Below are positions 36,179 through 43,988 of a stretch of DNA of 64,000 nucleotides, piece by piece. The position numbers were made by a program, and so were the translations under genes. Location of the stretch: positions 2,473 through 66,472 of the forward strand of contig JALONR010000014.1 in NCBI GenBank assembly GCA_025454815.1, in the 5' to 3' direction. Numbering within the stretch: the stretch's first letter is position 1; every line of letters starts with the position of its first letter. The stretch comes from Bacteroidales bacterium (GTDB taxonomy: Bacteria > Bacteroidota > Bacteroidia > Bacteroidales > VadinHA17). The notes beneath the pieces were generated by a model. The model did not search any database. It worked only from the letters and a program-made list of their open reading frames with translations, and had not been told where the DNA came from.

Positions 36179-37102
36179 CTCCTCAGCTCCTTTCCTGCTT
36201 ACAGGTGACATATATGCATCAAATGCAGTCCCCAGGGAGACCATTGTATCAGACATACCCTTCATAACCTCAGCAGCCGTGTCCCTGCCACGGCAAAGAG
36301 CAAATACAGAGGGACCCGATCCTGATATCCCTGCACCCAGTGCCCCGTTTTTCAGTGCTGCCTCCTTCAGGTCACAGAAGCCGCTGATCAGTCCTGCGCG
36401 CTTTGGTTCCGCAACAAAATCAACCAGTGACCGGCCGATCAGTTCATAATCTTCCCGGTAGAGTCCGGCCACAAGGCCCGCCAGGTTTCCCCACTGCCTT
36501 ACAGCTGTACCCAGCGGGATATGGGTATCGAGCAACCCTCTTGCAACGGACGTCCTGATCTCAGCTTCAGGGTGTATGATGACGCACCATAATTCACGGG
36601 GTATGTGCAACTGAACTATATCAAGGGGATCATAGCTCCTGATAAGGGTTATTCCCCCCAGCAGTGAAGGTGCTGCGTTGTCAGCATGAGGGGAGCCTGA
36701 AACAAGTCTTTCTCCCTCCATGGCAAACCTTACCAGGTCATTCAAAGAAAAGCGGTCATCCAGCAGCCTCCCTGCAGCATATGCCGCTGCTGCGGCACTG
36801 GCACCGCTTGATCCTATGCCGCTGCCCGGCCTGATTCCCTTTTCAAGGACAGCCCTGAAACCGGTAAGGCCACCGGCAGCGGCAGCCACTGCCTTAAGCA
36901 CCGCCCCTACGACATTCTTCCCGGGGTCACGACTGAGTGTCTCACACCCCCTGATCTCCTCAATCTCAATGCTGCCAGTCTCCGTCAGTTCAAGCTCCAC
37001 AATATCATAAGGTTCACCCAGTGCAAGTCCTATCACATCAAACCCGCAGCTGAGATTGGAGACCGTGGCCGGTGCCTTTACCCTGATTTTCTTTCCTGTC
37101 AT
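36173..37102 (-). CDS. thrB: Homoserine kinase
   Basis: The start is placed at the internal ATG (MTGKKIRVKAPATVSNL), giving 309 aa. It has the GHMP kinase motif PGSGIGSSGASAAA. Confidence 0.88.
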   Translation of the reverse strand: MTGKKIRVKAPATVSNLSCGFDVIGLALGEPYDIVELELTETGSIEIEEIRGCETLSRDPGKNVVGAVLKAVAAAAGGLTGFRAVLEKGIRPGSGIGSSGASAAAAAYAAGRLLDDRFSLNDLVRFAMEGERLVSGSPHADNAAPSLLGGITLIRSYDPLDIVQLHIPRELWCVIIHPEAEIRTSVARGLLDTHIPLGTAVRQWGNLAGLVAGLYREDYELIGRSLVDFVAEPKRAGLISGFCDLKEAALKNGALGAGISGSGPSVFALCRGRDTAAEVMKGMSDTMVSLGTAFDAYMSPVSRKGAEEW

Positions 37103-37132
37103 GCCTGCGCTAAAATAGTCGAAGAGTATATG

Positions 37133-37140
37133 CAAAGATA
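37133..37140 (-). promoter_or_regulatory. Candidate -7 promoter box (TATCTTTG) for thrB
   Basis: Forward caaagata, 31 nt upstream of the ATG at 37102. It lies inside the longer track ORF, which supports the shorter start. Confidence 0.4.
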
Positions 37141-37182
37141 CTTTCTGCAACGAAATCTGACATGGGTACGGGACTTTGATGG

Positions 37183-37263
37183 CCTGTCAGGGTGCAGCTG
37201 TCTGAAGGTAACCCGGAAACCTGTCAGGGTGCAGCTGTCTGAAGGTAACCCGGAAACCTGTCA
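37183..37263. repeat. 37-bp perfect tandem duplication (2.2 copies)
   Basis: cctgtcagggtgcagctgtctgaaggtaacccggaaa at 37183-37219 and 37220-37256, then a partial cctgtca. It lies between the divergent thrB and CotH promoter candidates. Confidence 0.9.
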
Positions 37264-37313
37264 TGCCACGGCTAACTGCCGGCACTCCGGGCAATCTTTC
37301 CGGGCATTAATGG

Positions 37314-37321
37314 TATTTTTG
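37314..37321 (+). promoter_or_regulatory. Candidate -7 promoter box (TATTTTTG) for the CotH gene
   Basis: Exact TAnnTTTG match 22 nt upstream of the ATG at 37343. Confidence 0.4.
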
Positions 37322-37342
37322 AAGTATCGGTCAGGTAATAAA

Positions 37343-39373
37343 ATGAGACAACGGACCCTTCAAATCATATTTCTGATTCTCCTTGCAACTCCTGTTGCCG
37401 GGCAGATCCTCACTGACAGTAACCTGCCGATAGTGATCATTACTACTGACGGCGGCGCTGCTATTGTTGATGACCCGAAGGTGAAAGCCACCATGAAGAT
37501 CATTGATCGCGGGCCGGGCCAGCGTAACTATGTCACTGACCAGAACAATGCACTCTACCTGAACTACAATGGCCGGATAGGTATCGAGCTGAGGGGATCA
37601 TCATCGCAGGCATCACCCAAGAAAAACTACGGTTTGACCACCCGGAAGGCCGATGATGTGACAAACAACAACGTCAGCCTCCTCGGGATGCCCGAAGAAA
37701 ATGACTGGATCCTCGGAGGGATGGTATTCGATACAGCCTTCATCCGTGATTACTTCTGCCACAACCTGTTCCGAGAGCTGGGAAATTATGCTTCAAGAGC
37801 AGTCTACTGTGAGGTGATAATCAACAATGATTACAAGGGGCTATACATGTTCCAGGAAAAACTCAAGTCCGATGACAACAGGATAGACGTCATAAAGATC
37901 GGGAAGAGTGACAATACCCTCCCGGCGGTGACAGGAGGTTACATAACGAAGGCTGACAAGAGGACAGGAGGCGATCCGTATGCCTGGATTATGTATTCAT
38001 TTCAGAATTCCGTAGTAGAATATATTCATGATCTCCCAAAACCTGAAGACGCAACCACCGCACAGACATCCTACTTAAAGAATGAGTTCTTCAAACTCGA
38101 GACCACTGCTCAGAACAATGATATCTCCGTCGTAAACGGCTACCCGTCACTTATAGATGTGCCTTCATTCATCGACTTCATGATAGTCAATGAATTTGCC
38201 TCAAATCCCGATGCCTACCAGTACAGTACATACTTTCACAAAGACCGTAACGGCAAGCTGCGCGCCGGGCCGGTATGGGACCTTGATCTCTCATTCGGCA
38301 ATGACCTCTTCCAGTGGTCCTTTGACCGAAGCAAAACCTATCTCTGGTACTTTGAGGACTACTATTACAACAATGGTTCAAAATTCTGGCGTGATCTCTT
38401 CCACAACAACACATTCCGCTGCTACCTTTCAAAACGGTGGCATGAGCTTCTTGAAACCGGAATGCCCCTGAACAAAACGGTCAGGGAAGCCTTCCTCGAT
38501 GAAACCGTAGCCCTGATATCGGAGGCTGTTCCACGCGACTGCCAGAGATGGGGCAAAGCAGCCAACCAGGCAGCCAGGATAGCAGCTGTCAAGACATTCA
38601 TGCATGCACGGGAGGAGTGGATAACTTCAAATATTGGCAGCTACAGCGCCTGCAACAATGTTGCCGTTCCGAAGCTGACAATAACAAAAATAATGTATCA
38701 CCCGGAGACCTCAACCCAGTTCCCCGACGATGACGACCTCGAGTGGCTCGAGATAAGGAATACCGGAACCACAACCGTCAACCTCAGTGGTGTTTACTTC
38801 ATGGGCACAGGACTTGTTTACCAGTTCCCCGCAAACTCCACCCTCGGACCGGGTCTTTGCGTGATACTGGCTTCCAACGCCACCATCTTCCAGTCCAGGT
38901 ACGGATTCTCACCTTTCGGACAGTTTACCCGTCACCTTTCAAACAGCTCCGAGAAACTGATACTGGCCGATGCCTTCGGTAACCTCATAGACTTTGTGGA
39001 ATACTCTGACCAGAGCCCGTGGCCCTACGCAGACGGTAACGGCTCATATCTCAGGCTTAGGGACACCGCCCTTGACAACAGCCTCGCAGAAAACTGGGAG
39101 GCATCATCGGAAATCATCACAGGTACTGAGGAGACCAGCGCTTCAGGTGAAATCTCAATCTACCCAAACCCGGTCAGGGATTTGCTCACCATCAGCGCCG
39201 GAACAGATATAAGCAGCATATGTGTATATGACATCCGGGGAACCATCATGTGGTCGCAGGAAGCCAACAGCCTGCAGATTACAATAGATATGCATGCCAT
39301 GTCACCAGGGGTTTATATCCTGAGGATTTTTACCCGTGATGGCAGTTTCCCGCGGATGGTTATAAAGGAATAG
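37343..39373 (+). CDS. CotH kinase family protein with lamin-tail domain and T9SS C-terminal sorting domain
   Basis: The start at MRQRTLQIIFLILLATPVAGQ gives a signal peptide. CotH-like core (LPIVIITTD..., GIELRGSSS, KKNYGL, WDLDLSFGN), an LTD-like segment (ITKIMYHP...LEWLEIRNTG...VNLSG), and a C-terminal ISIYPNPVRDLLTI...GVYILRI T9SS tail. Confidence 0.8.
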   Translation: MRQRTLQIIFLILLATPVAGQILTDSNLPIVIITTDGGAAIVDDPKVKATMKIIDRGPGQRNYVTDQNNALYLNYNGRIGIELRGSSSQASPKKNYGLTTRKADDVTNNNVSLLGMPEENDWILGGMVFDTAFIRDYFCHNLFRELGNYASRAVYCEVIINNDYKGLYMFQEKLKSDDNRIDVIKIGKSDNTLPAVTGGYITKADKRTGGDPYAWIMYSFQNSVVEYIHDLPKPEDATTAQTSYLKNEFFKLETTAQNNDISVVNGYPSLIDVPSFIDFMIVNEFASNPDAYQYSTYFHKDRNGKLRAGPVWDLDLSFGNDLFQWSFDRSKTYLWYFEDYYYNNGSKFWRDLFHNNTFRCYLSKRWHELLETGMPLNKTVREAFLDETVALISEAVPRDCQRWGKAANQAARIAAVKTFMHAREEWITSNIGSYSACNNVAVPKLTITKIMYHPETSTQFPDDDDLEWLEIRNTGTTTVNLSGVYFMGTGLVYQFPANSTLGPGLCVILASNATIFQSRYGFSPFGQFTRHLSNSSEKLILADAFGNLIDFVEYSDQSPWPYADGNGSYLRLRDTALDNSLAENWEASSEIITGTEETSASGEISIYPNPVRDLLTISAGTDISSICVYDIRGTIMWSQEANSLQITIDMHAMSPGVYILRIFTRDGSFPRMVIKE

Positions 39374-39377
39374 CAAC

Positions 39378-40796
39378 TTACCAGACCCATGTGCCCACTG
39401 CACCGCCATCAAGGCTGAGAGGAAGGGAATTCCCCCTGAATCTTACATTGAAGTTTCTTTTACCTGTTGTGACGTTCACCACGATAAGCACCTTTCGTCC
39501 CTCCGGGGTCTGAAATGCAACATTTGGCAGGTTGCCCAGGGCGTTGGTAGATACCCTTACCGACCCCGGCCTCACATGTTTTGCAGCATGGGCAAGGATA
39601 TAATATGCCGGGTTCCTTGTGACATTGTTTCCGCTGAGGGTCACAGTACCAAGGCACCTGTCACAACCTCCCTCCGTATGGGGATCATACGAGGGATCAG
39701 ATGCCAGGTTCCACTCTAACACATTACGGCACCAGTTGCGGGTTGCCCCGATGATCAGGTTCTCAACATGCCACTTGATGTCTTCTGCAAGGTTTCCCGG
39801 TCCGCCTACCCACTGCTCTGTAAAGTAAAGGTTCTTTGACGGATAAGCCTCATGTACTGAGGTGAGAGCATCAATCGAACCACCATAAAGGTGAAATGCT
39901 GATCCGTCAATATATTGGCGAGCTCCTGCATCGCTCAGAACAGTCAGGGGATAATCTGTCCGGTCAGCATTATGATCATAAATGATGATTTTGGTTTCTA
40001 TACCAGCGGCAGAGAATGCGGGACCTAGGTGTTCACTGATGAAAAGAGCCTGGTCAACAGCAGTCATGACCATACTGGGGTTATTGCCCCCGTGCAGGGG
40101 CTCATTCTGCACAGTAATGGCATCTATTTCAATGTCCTCGTCCTTCATGGCCTGGATATACTTCACGAAGTATTTGGCATATGCGTCAAACCATTCATGT
40201 TTCAGACTTCCTCCCACAGATGCATTGTTAGTCTTCATCCATAAAGGTGCTGTCCAGGGAGAACCCATTATCTTCAACGAGGGATTTATGGCCAGAATTT
40301 CCTTCAGAACAGGAATCAGGTCCGGTTTTTCAGGTTCAAGGCTGAACCGCTCCATTTGCGGATCAGTTTCCCCCGGAGAGAGGTCACTGTACGTAAATAC
40401 CCTGTCACTGAGGTCGGAGGCGCCAATAGTTATTCTGAGGTAACTGATGCCGATACCGTTCCCTTCAGGACTGAAAAGCTCGCGCAACAATGCAGTCCGT
40501 GCTGCCTGACCCATTTTGTTAAGAAGGATGGCACTGCCTCCCGTGAGGCAGTTGCCAAAACCGTCTATCGCCTGAAAGCGCTCAGTGGTATCAACCACGA
40601 TGGCAGGATCAGTGTTGGCTGTGGCCATGAATTCAAGTTCTCCGGTGTGTTTTTCGAAAAGAACACCTTTATGCGGTGAGGTTATCCACCCCTCAGCCAT
40701 TATGCCTGTTCCATCATACCTGCCAGGACCGTTCTCCTGCGGCCTGTTGCAACTGACAAGCATAACAGGGATGATCAGTGCCAAGAGCCTTTTCAT
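39378..40796 (-). CDS. Glycoside hydrolase family 30 (glucosylceramidase-like; probable beta-1,6-glucanase)
   Basis: 472 aa lipoprotein. IDGFGNCLTGGSA, acid/base region ITVQNEPL, and nucleophile region LYFTEQW. Confidence 0.8.
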   Translation of the reverse strand: MKRLLALIIPVMLVSCNRPQENGPGRYDGTGIMAEGWITSPHKGVLFEKHTGELEFMATANTDPAIVVDTTERFQAIDGFGNCLTGGSAILLNKMGQAARTALLRELFSPEGNGIGISYLRITIGASDLSDRVFTYSDLSPGETDPQMERFSLEPEKPDLIPVLKEILAINPSLKIMGSPWTAPLWMKTNNASVGGSLKHEWFDAYAKYFVKYIQAMKDEDIEIDAITVQNEPLHGGNNPSMVMTAVDQALFISEHLGPAFSAAGIETKIIIYDHNADRTDYPLTVLSDAGARQYIDGSAFHLYGGSIDALTSVHEAYPSKNLYFTEQWVGGPGNLAEDIKWHVENLIIGATRNWCRNVLEWNLASDPSYDPHTEGGCDRCLGTVTLSGNNVTRNPAYYILAHAAKHVRPGSVRVSTNALGNLPNVAFQTPEGRKVLIVVNVTTGKRNFNVRFRGNSLPLSLDGGAVGTWVW

Positions 40797-40800
40797 TTTC

Positions 40801-41640
40801 CTATTTCTTTTGATAAACCCTCACGTAATCAACAATCATTGAACGTGGAAAGATTGAATCGTCAATACCCTGCACTCCTCCCCAATTACCACCTACGGCA
40901 ACATTAAGAAGCAGATGGAACCTCTTGTCAAAGGGCCAGGTTTTATAGCCGGTGCCCTCATTTCTGAAAGTAAAGTAAAGCAGGTCGTCCACATAAAACC
41001 TGATCTCCTTTAACTCCCATTCTATGGCATAAATATGAAATTCACTATAGCAGGACTGAACATTGGTGGTAGCTCCCTTTTGTGTGCCTGTTGTGTGATT
41101 ATATGACTCTGTATGAACCGTGCCAACGATTTTGTAAGGATCATAGCCGACATTCTCCATGATATCGATTTCCCCGCTGGACGGCCAACCACCGTATGAC
41201 CAGTCAGTGGGAAGCATCCATATTGCCGGCCACATGCCTCTTCCGTCGGGAATTTTTGCTTTTACCTCCACCCTGCCGTAGAGCCAGTCTCCCTTTTGCC
41301 GGGTGACCAGCCTGGCTGAAGTATAACTAAAGCCTTCAATATCTTCACGATGTGCCGTGATGGTGAGAAAACCGTTATTTACCTCGGCATTCTTCAGGCG
41401 GGAAGCCGTATAATACTGTGATTCATTGTTTCCCCAACCCGTGGCATTCCCGTCGGTGTCATAACTCCATTTCCGGTTATCTGGCAGTCCTGTATAGTTA
41501 AATTCATCGCTCCATACAAGCACCATTTCTCCTGTACCTGGATTATCAGGATAATCCTTCGGCTTTTCGGAGGGATTACATCCGGATGACAGAAATACGA
41601 ATGTCAGGAATATTGCTACCTGTTGTATCACCTTCATCAT
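40801..41640 (-). CDS. Glycoside hydrolase family 16 (laminarinase-type endo-beta-1,3-glucanase)
   Basis: 279 aa lipoprotein (LSSGC) with the catalytic GEIDIMENVG (ExDxxE) motif and WPAIWMLP. Confidence 0.9.
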   Translation of the reverse strand: MMKVIQQVAIFLTFVFLSSGCNPSEKPKDYPDNPGTGEMVLVWSDEFNYTGLPDNRKWSYDTDGNATGWGNNESQYYTASRLKNAEVNNGFLTITAHREDIEGFSYTSARLVTRQKGDWLYGRVEVKAKIPDGRGMWPAIWMLPTDWSYGGWPSSGEIDIMENVGYDPYKIVGTVHTESYNHTTGTQKGATTNVQSCYSEFHIYAIEWELKEIRFYVDDLLYFTFRNEGTGYKTWPFDKRFHLLLNVAVGGNWGGVQGIDDSIFPRSMIVDYVRVYQKK

Positions 41641-41649
41641 CTTTAAGTT

Positions 41650-43908
41650 CTATTCCAGGATAAAGTCAGAATGGAGACCTTCCTCCGAACTGGGGCCAAT
41701 CCATACATCAAACCTGCCTGGTTCTGTAACTGTCTCCTTCCCGTTGAAAAAAGCAAGATCAGCAGCCCTAAGGGTAAACTTTACTTCAACAGTTTCTCCC
41801 TTTTTTATACTCAGCCGATTGTATCCCTTTAATTCTTTGATCGGCCGTGTAATGCTTCCGACTCTGTCACGCACATAAAACTGCACTATCTCGTCAGCAT
41901 CCATTTTTCCGGTATTGGTCACCCTGGCGCTGACAGTGAGTGTTCCGTCCATCTTCATCACCTGCGATGACAGTTCAATATCACTGTAGCCAAAGGTTGT
42001 ATAGCTGAGCCCGAAACCAAAGGGGAACAATGGGGTAAATCCGTAGTCCAGGTGGAATGACTTGTCACCAATTGAGATTTGCGGATTTACAGAGGATATC
42101 GAGTCAACAGGAGTGAATGACTGGGCTGATGCAGGCCTCCCTGTATTTTTTCTGTAATAATAGAAGGGTATCTGACCTGCACCCTTTACAAAAGTGACAG
42201 GCAGTTTGCCGGAGGGTGATTCCTTCCCAAATAGCAGGTCAGCAATAGCCGGACCGGCCATTGTACCTCCGTGCCATGCATAGAGAACAGCGTCAGAGAG
42301 GTTGAGTTCCCTGCCAATGGCCAGGGGCCTGCCCGCCATTATAACCAGGATGATGGGTTTGCCGGTAGCGGCAAGTGCTTCCAGAAGCTCAGTCTGTGCG
42401 CCGGGAACGCCAATCTCACCTCTCGACCGGGCTTCGCCTGAAAGGATCCATTCCTCCCCGCCAAAAAAAAGTACGGCATCAGACCGGCGTGCTGCAACAA
42501 CAGCTGCTGCAAAATCCTTCTTGCTTCTGTCACGGCTGTATGTCAGTGCCTGTACATAATTGACCCTTTGATCACCGAGCAGGTCTCTTATTGCCTTCAG
42601 TGGAGTCACGGAATTCTCAGCCCTGCCGTCAAAGCACCATGTTCCCAGCTGGTCACGCGGAGCGTCAGCAAGGGGTCCGATGACAGCCACCGAGGATATC
42701 TTTTCTGCAGCAAGAGGCAGTGCAGCATTCTCATTCTTCAGAAGTACTGCACTCTGGCGTGCCACAGTGCGGGAATGTTCAAGGAATGACGGATCGAGTA
42801 TTTTTGCCCTGGCTTCAGGATTTACATAGGGATTGTCAAATAGACCCAGCCTGAATTTCACCCTGAGGATGTTACGGACAGCATCGTCAATCTGCACCAT
42901 GGTTATTTTCTTTTTATCGAGCAGAGTCTTTATGTTGTCATAGTATGAGGTTGTTGCCATCTCCATATCAACACCTGCATTGATAGCTATAGCTGCCGCA
43001 TGCTTATCATCCTCTGCAAAACCGTGGTTTACCATCTGGGTAACAGATGCCCAGTCGCTCACCACAAAGCCGTCAAAGCCCCACTCTTCCCTCAGTATTT
43101 TCTTAATAGTAAACTGGTTGCCGGAGGTAGGAATGCCATTAAGATCATTGAATGCCGACATGAAAGTCTGTGCACCCGCCTCTTTGGCTGCAAGAAAAGG
43201 TTTGAGCACCACATTGCGGAGAAGGGGTTCGGGTATATAGGTGGTATTGTAATCACGGCCTGCCTCTGCAAAACCATAACCAACATAATGCTTTGCGCAT
43301 GCTGCAAGTGAGGTAGGATCATTAAGGCTGTCGCCCTGAATTCCTGTCACCATTGCTGTTGCAAGGGTTGATGCAAGAAAAGGGTCTTCACCACAACCCT
43401 CAGCAATCCTTCCCCATCGGGGGTCCCATGTAATATCGATCATCGGACCGAAGGTCCACCTTATACCGTCGGATGATGCCTCGATTGCAGAAATGCGGAA
43501 CGCCTGCCTGACAGCTTCTGGATTCCATGATGCTGCCATCCCAAGAGGGATCGGAAAAATCGTCCGGTAACCATGGATGACATCTCTTCCTATTATGAGT
43601 GGGATCCCCAACCTGCTCTCCTCCAAGGCTATACGTTGTATCTCATTCACCTGTTCTGTGCCGAGGAAGTTAAGCAGTGAACCACAACGCCCGTCCCTCA
43701 CGGCTTGCTTCAACTGCTCAGGATCCATAAAATAGCCGAGGTCAAGCTGTGACATCTGACCGATCTTTTCATCAAGGGTCATCTGCTCAAGCAAATTATC
43801 AGCTCTTGCTTCGGCACTGTCAGGGACAGTCTTTCCACTGTCACATGAGAAGGTCATCAGCATCAGGAGTCCTGCGGACAGTACCAGCGGTAGTCTCGTG
43901 AGTTTCAT
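41650..43908 (-). CDS. bglX: Glycoside hydrolase family 3 beta-glucosidase
   Basis: The start at MKLTRLPLVLSAGLLMLMTFSC gives a lipoprotein signal. KHYVGYG, the nucleophile motif GFVVSDW, and a C-terminal FN3-like domain. Confidence 0.9.
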   Translation of the reverse strand: MKLTRLPLVLSAGLLMLMTFSCDSGKTVPDSAEARADNLLEQMTLDEKIGQMSQLDLGYFMDPEQLKQAVRDGRCGSLLNFLGTEQVNEIQRIALEESRLGIPLIIGRDVIHGYRTIFPIPLGMAASWNPEAVRQAFRISAIEASSDGIRWTFGPMIDITWDPRWGRIAEGCGEDPFLASTLATAMVTGIQGDSLNDPTSLAACAKHYVGYGFAEAGRDYNTTYIPEPLLRNVVLKPFLAAKEAGAQTFMSAFNDLNGIPTSGNQFTIKKILREEWGFDGFVVSDWASVTQMVNHGFAEDDKHAAAIAINAGVDMEMATTSYYDNIKTLLDKKKITMVQIDDAVRNILRVKFRLGLFDNPYVNPEARAKILDPSFLEHSRTVARQSAVLLKNENAALPLAAEKISSVAVIGPLADAPRDQLGTWCFDGRAENSVTPLKAIRDLLGDQRVNYVQALTYSRDRSKKDFAAAVVAARRSDAVLFFGGEEWILSGEARSRGEIGVPGAQTELLEALAATGKPIILVIMAGRPLAIGRELNLSDAVLYAWHGGTMAGPAIADLLFGKESPSGKLPVTFVKGAGQIPFYYYRKNTGRPASAQSFTPVDSISSVNPQISIGDKSFHLDYGFTPLFPFGFGLSYTTFGYSDIELSSQVMKMDGTLTVSARVTNTGKMDADEIVQFYVRDRVGSITRPIKELKGYNRLSIKKGETVEVKFTLRAADLAFFNGKETVTEPGRFDVWIGPSSEEGLHSDFILE

Positions 43909-43988
43909 TTCTGTACTCTTAATGGATTTGATAAAATGAATATCATTGCCTGCCCCTTCTGAGGGGCAGGCAATGATCAACAAAATAA

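Noticed and set aside
5371-37263. Interpreting the various short tandem arrays (5371, 15113, 18437, 36071, 37183) as CRISPR-like or a single dispersed repeat family
   Set aside because: The units are contiguous with no spacers, have different periods (30, 15, 7, 21, 37 nt) and share no sequence. No cas genes are present. They are independent tandem repeats.
37130-37342. Long N-terminal extensions offered by the ORF track. This applies to the CotH gene and, likewise, to thrB (37150), GH3 (43983), the PKD protein (45875), SusD (47431), pdaD (54427), the DUF4625 genes (20648, 21454), the lipocalin-like gene (29920) and the DUF1566 gene (30837).
   Set aside because: In every case an internal ATG yields a canonical signal or lipoprotein peptide or the family-typical N-terminus. 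Several extensions contain the candidate -7 promoter box or overlap the upstream gene.
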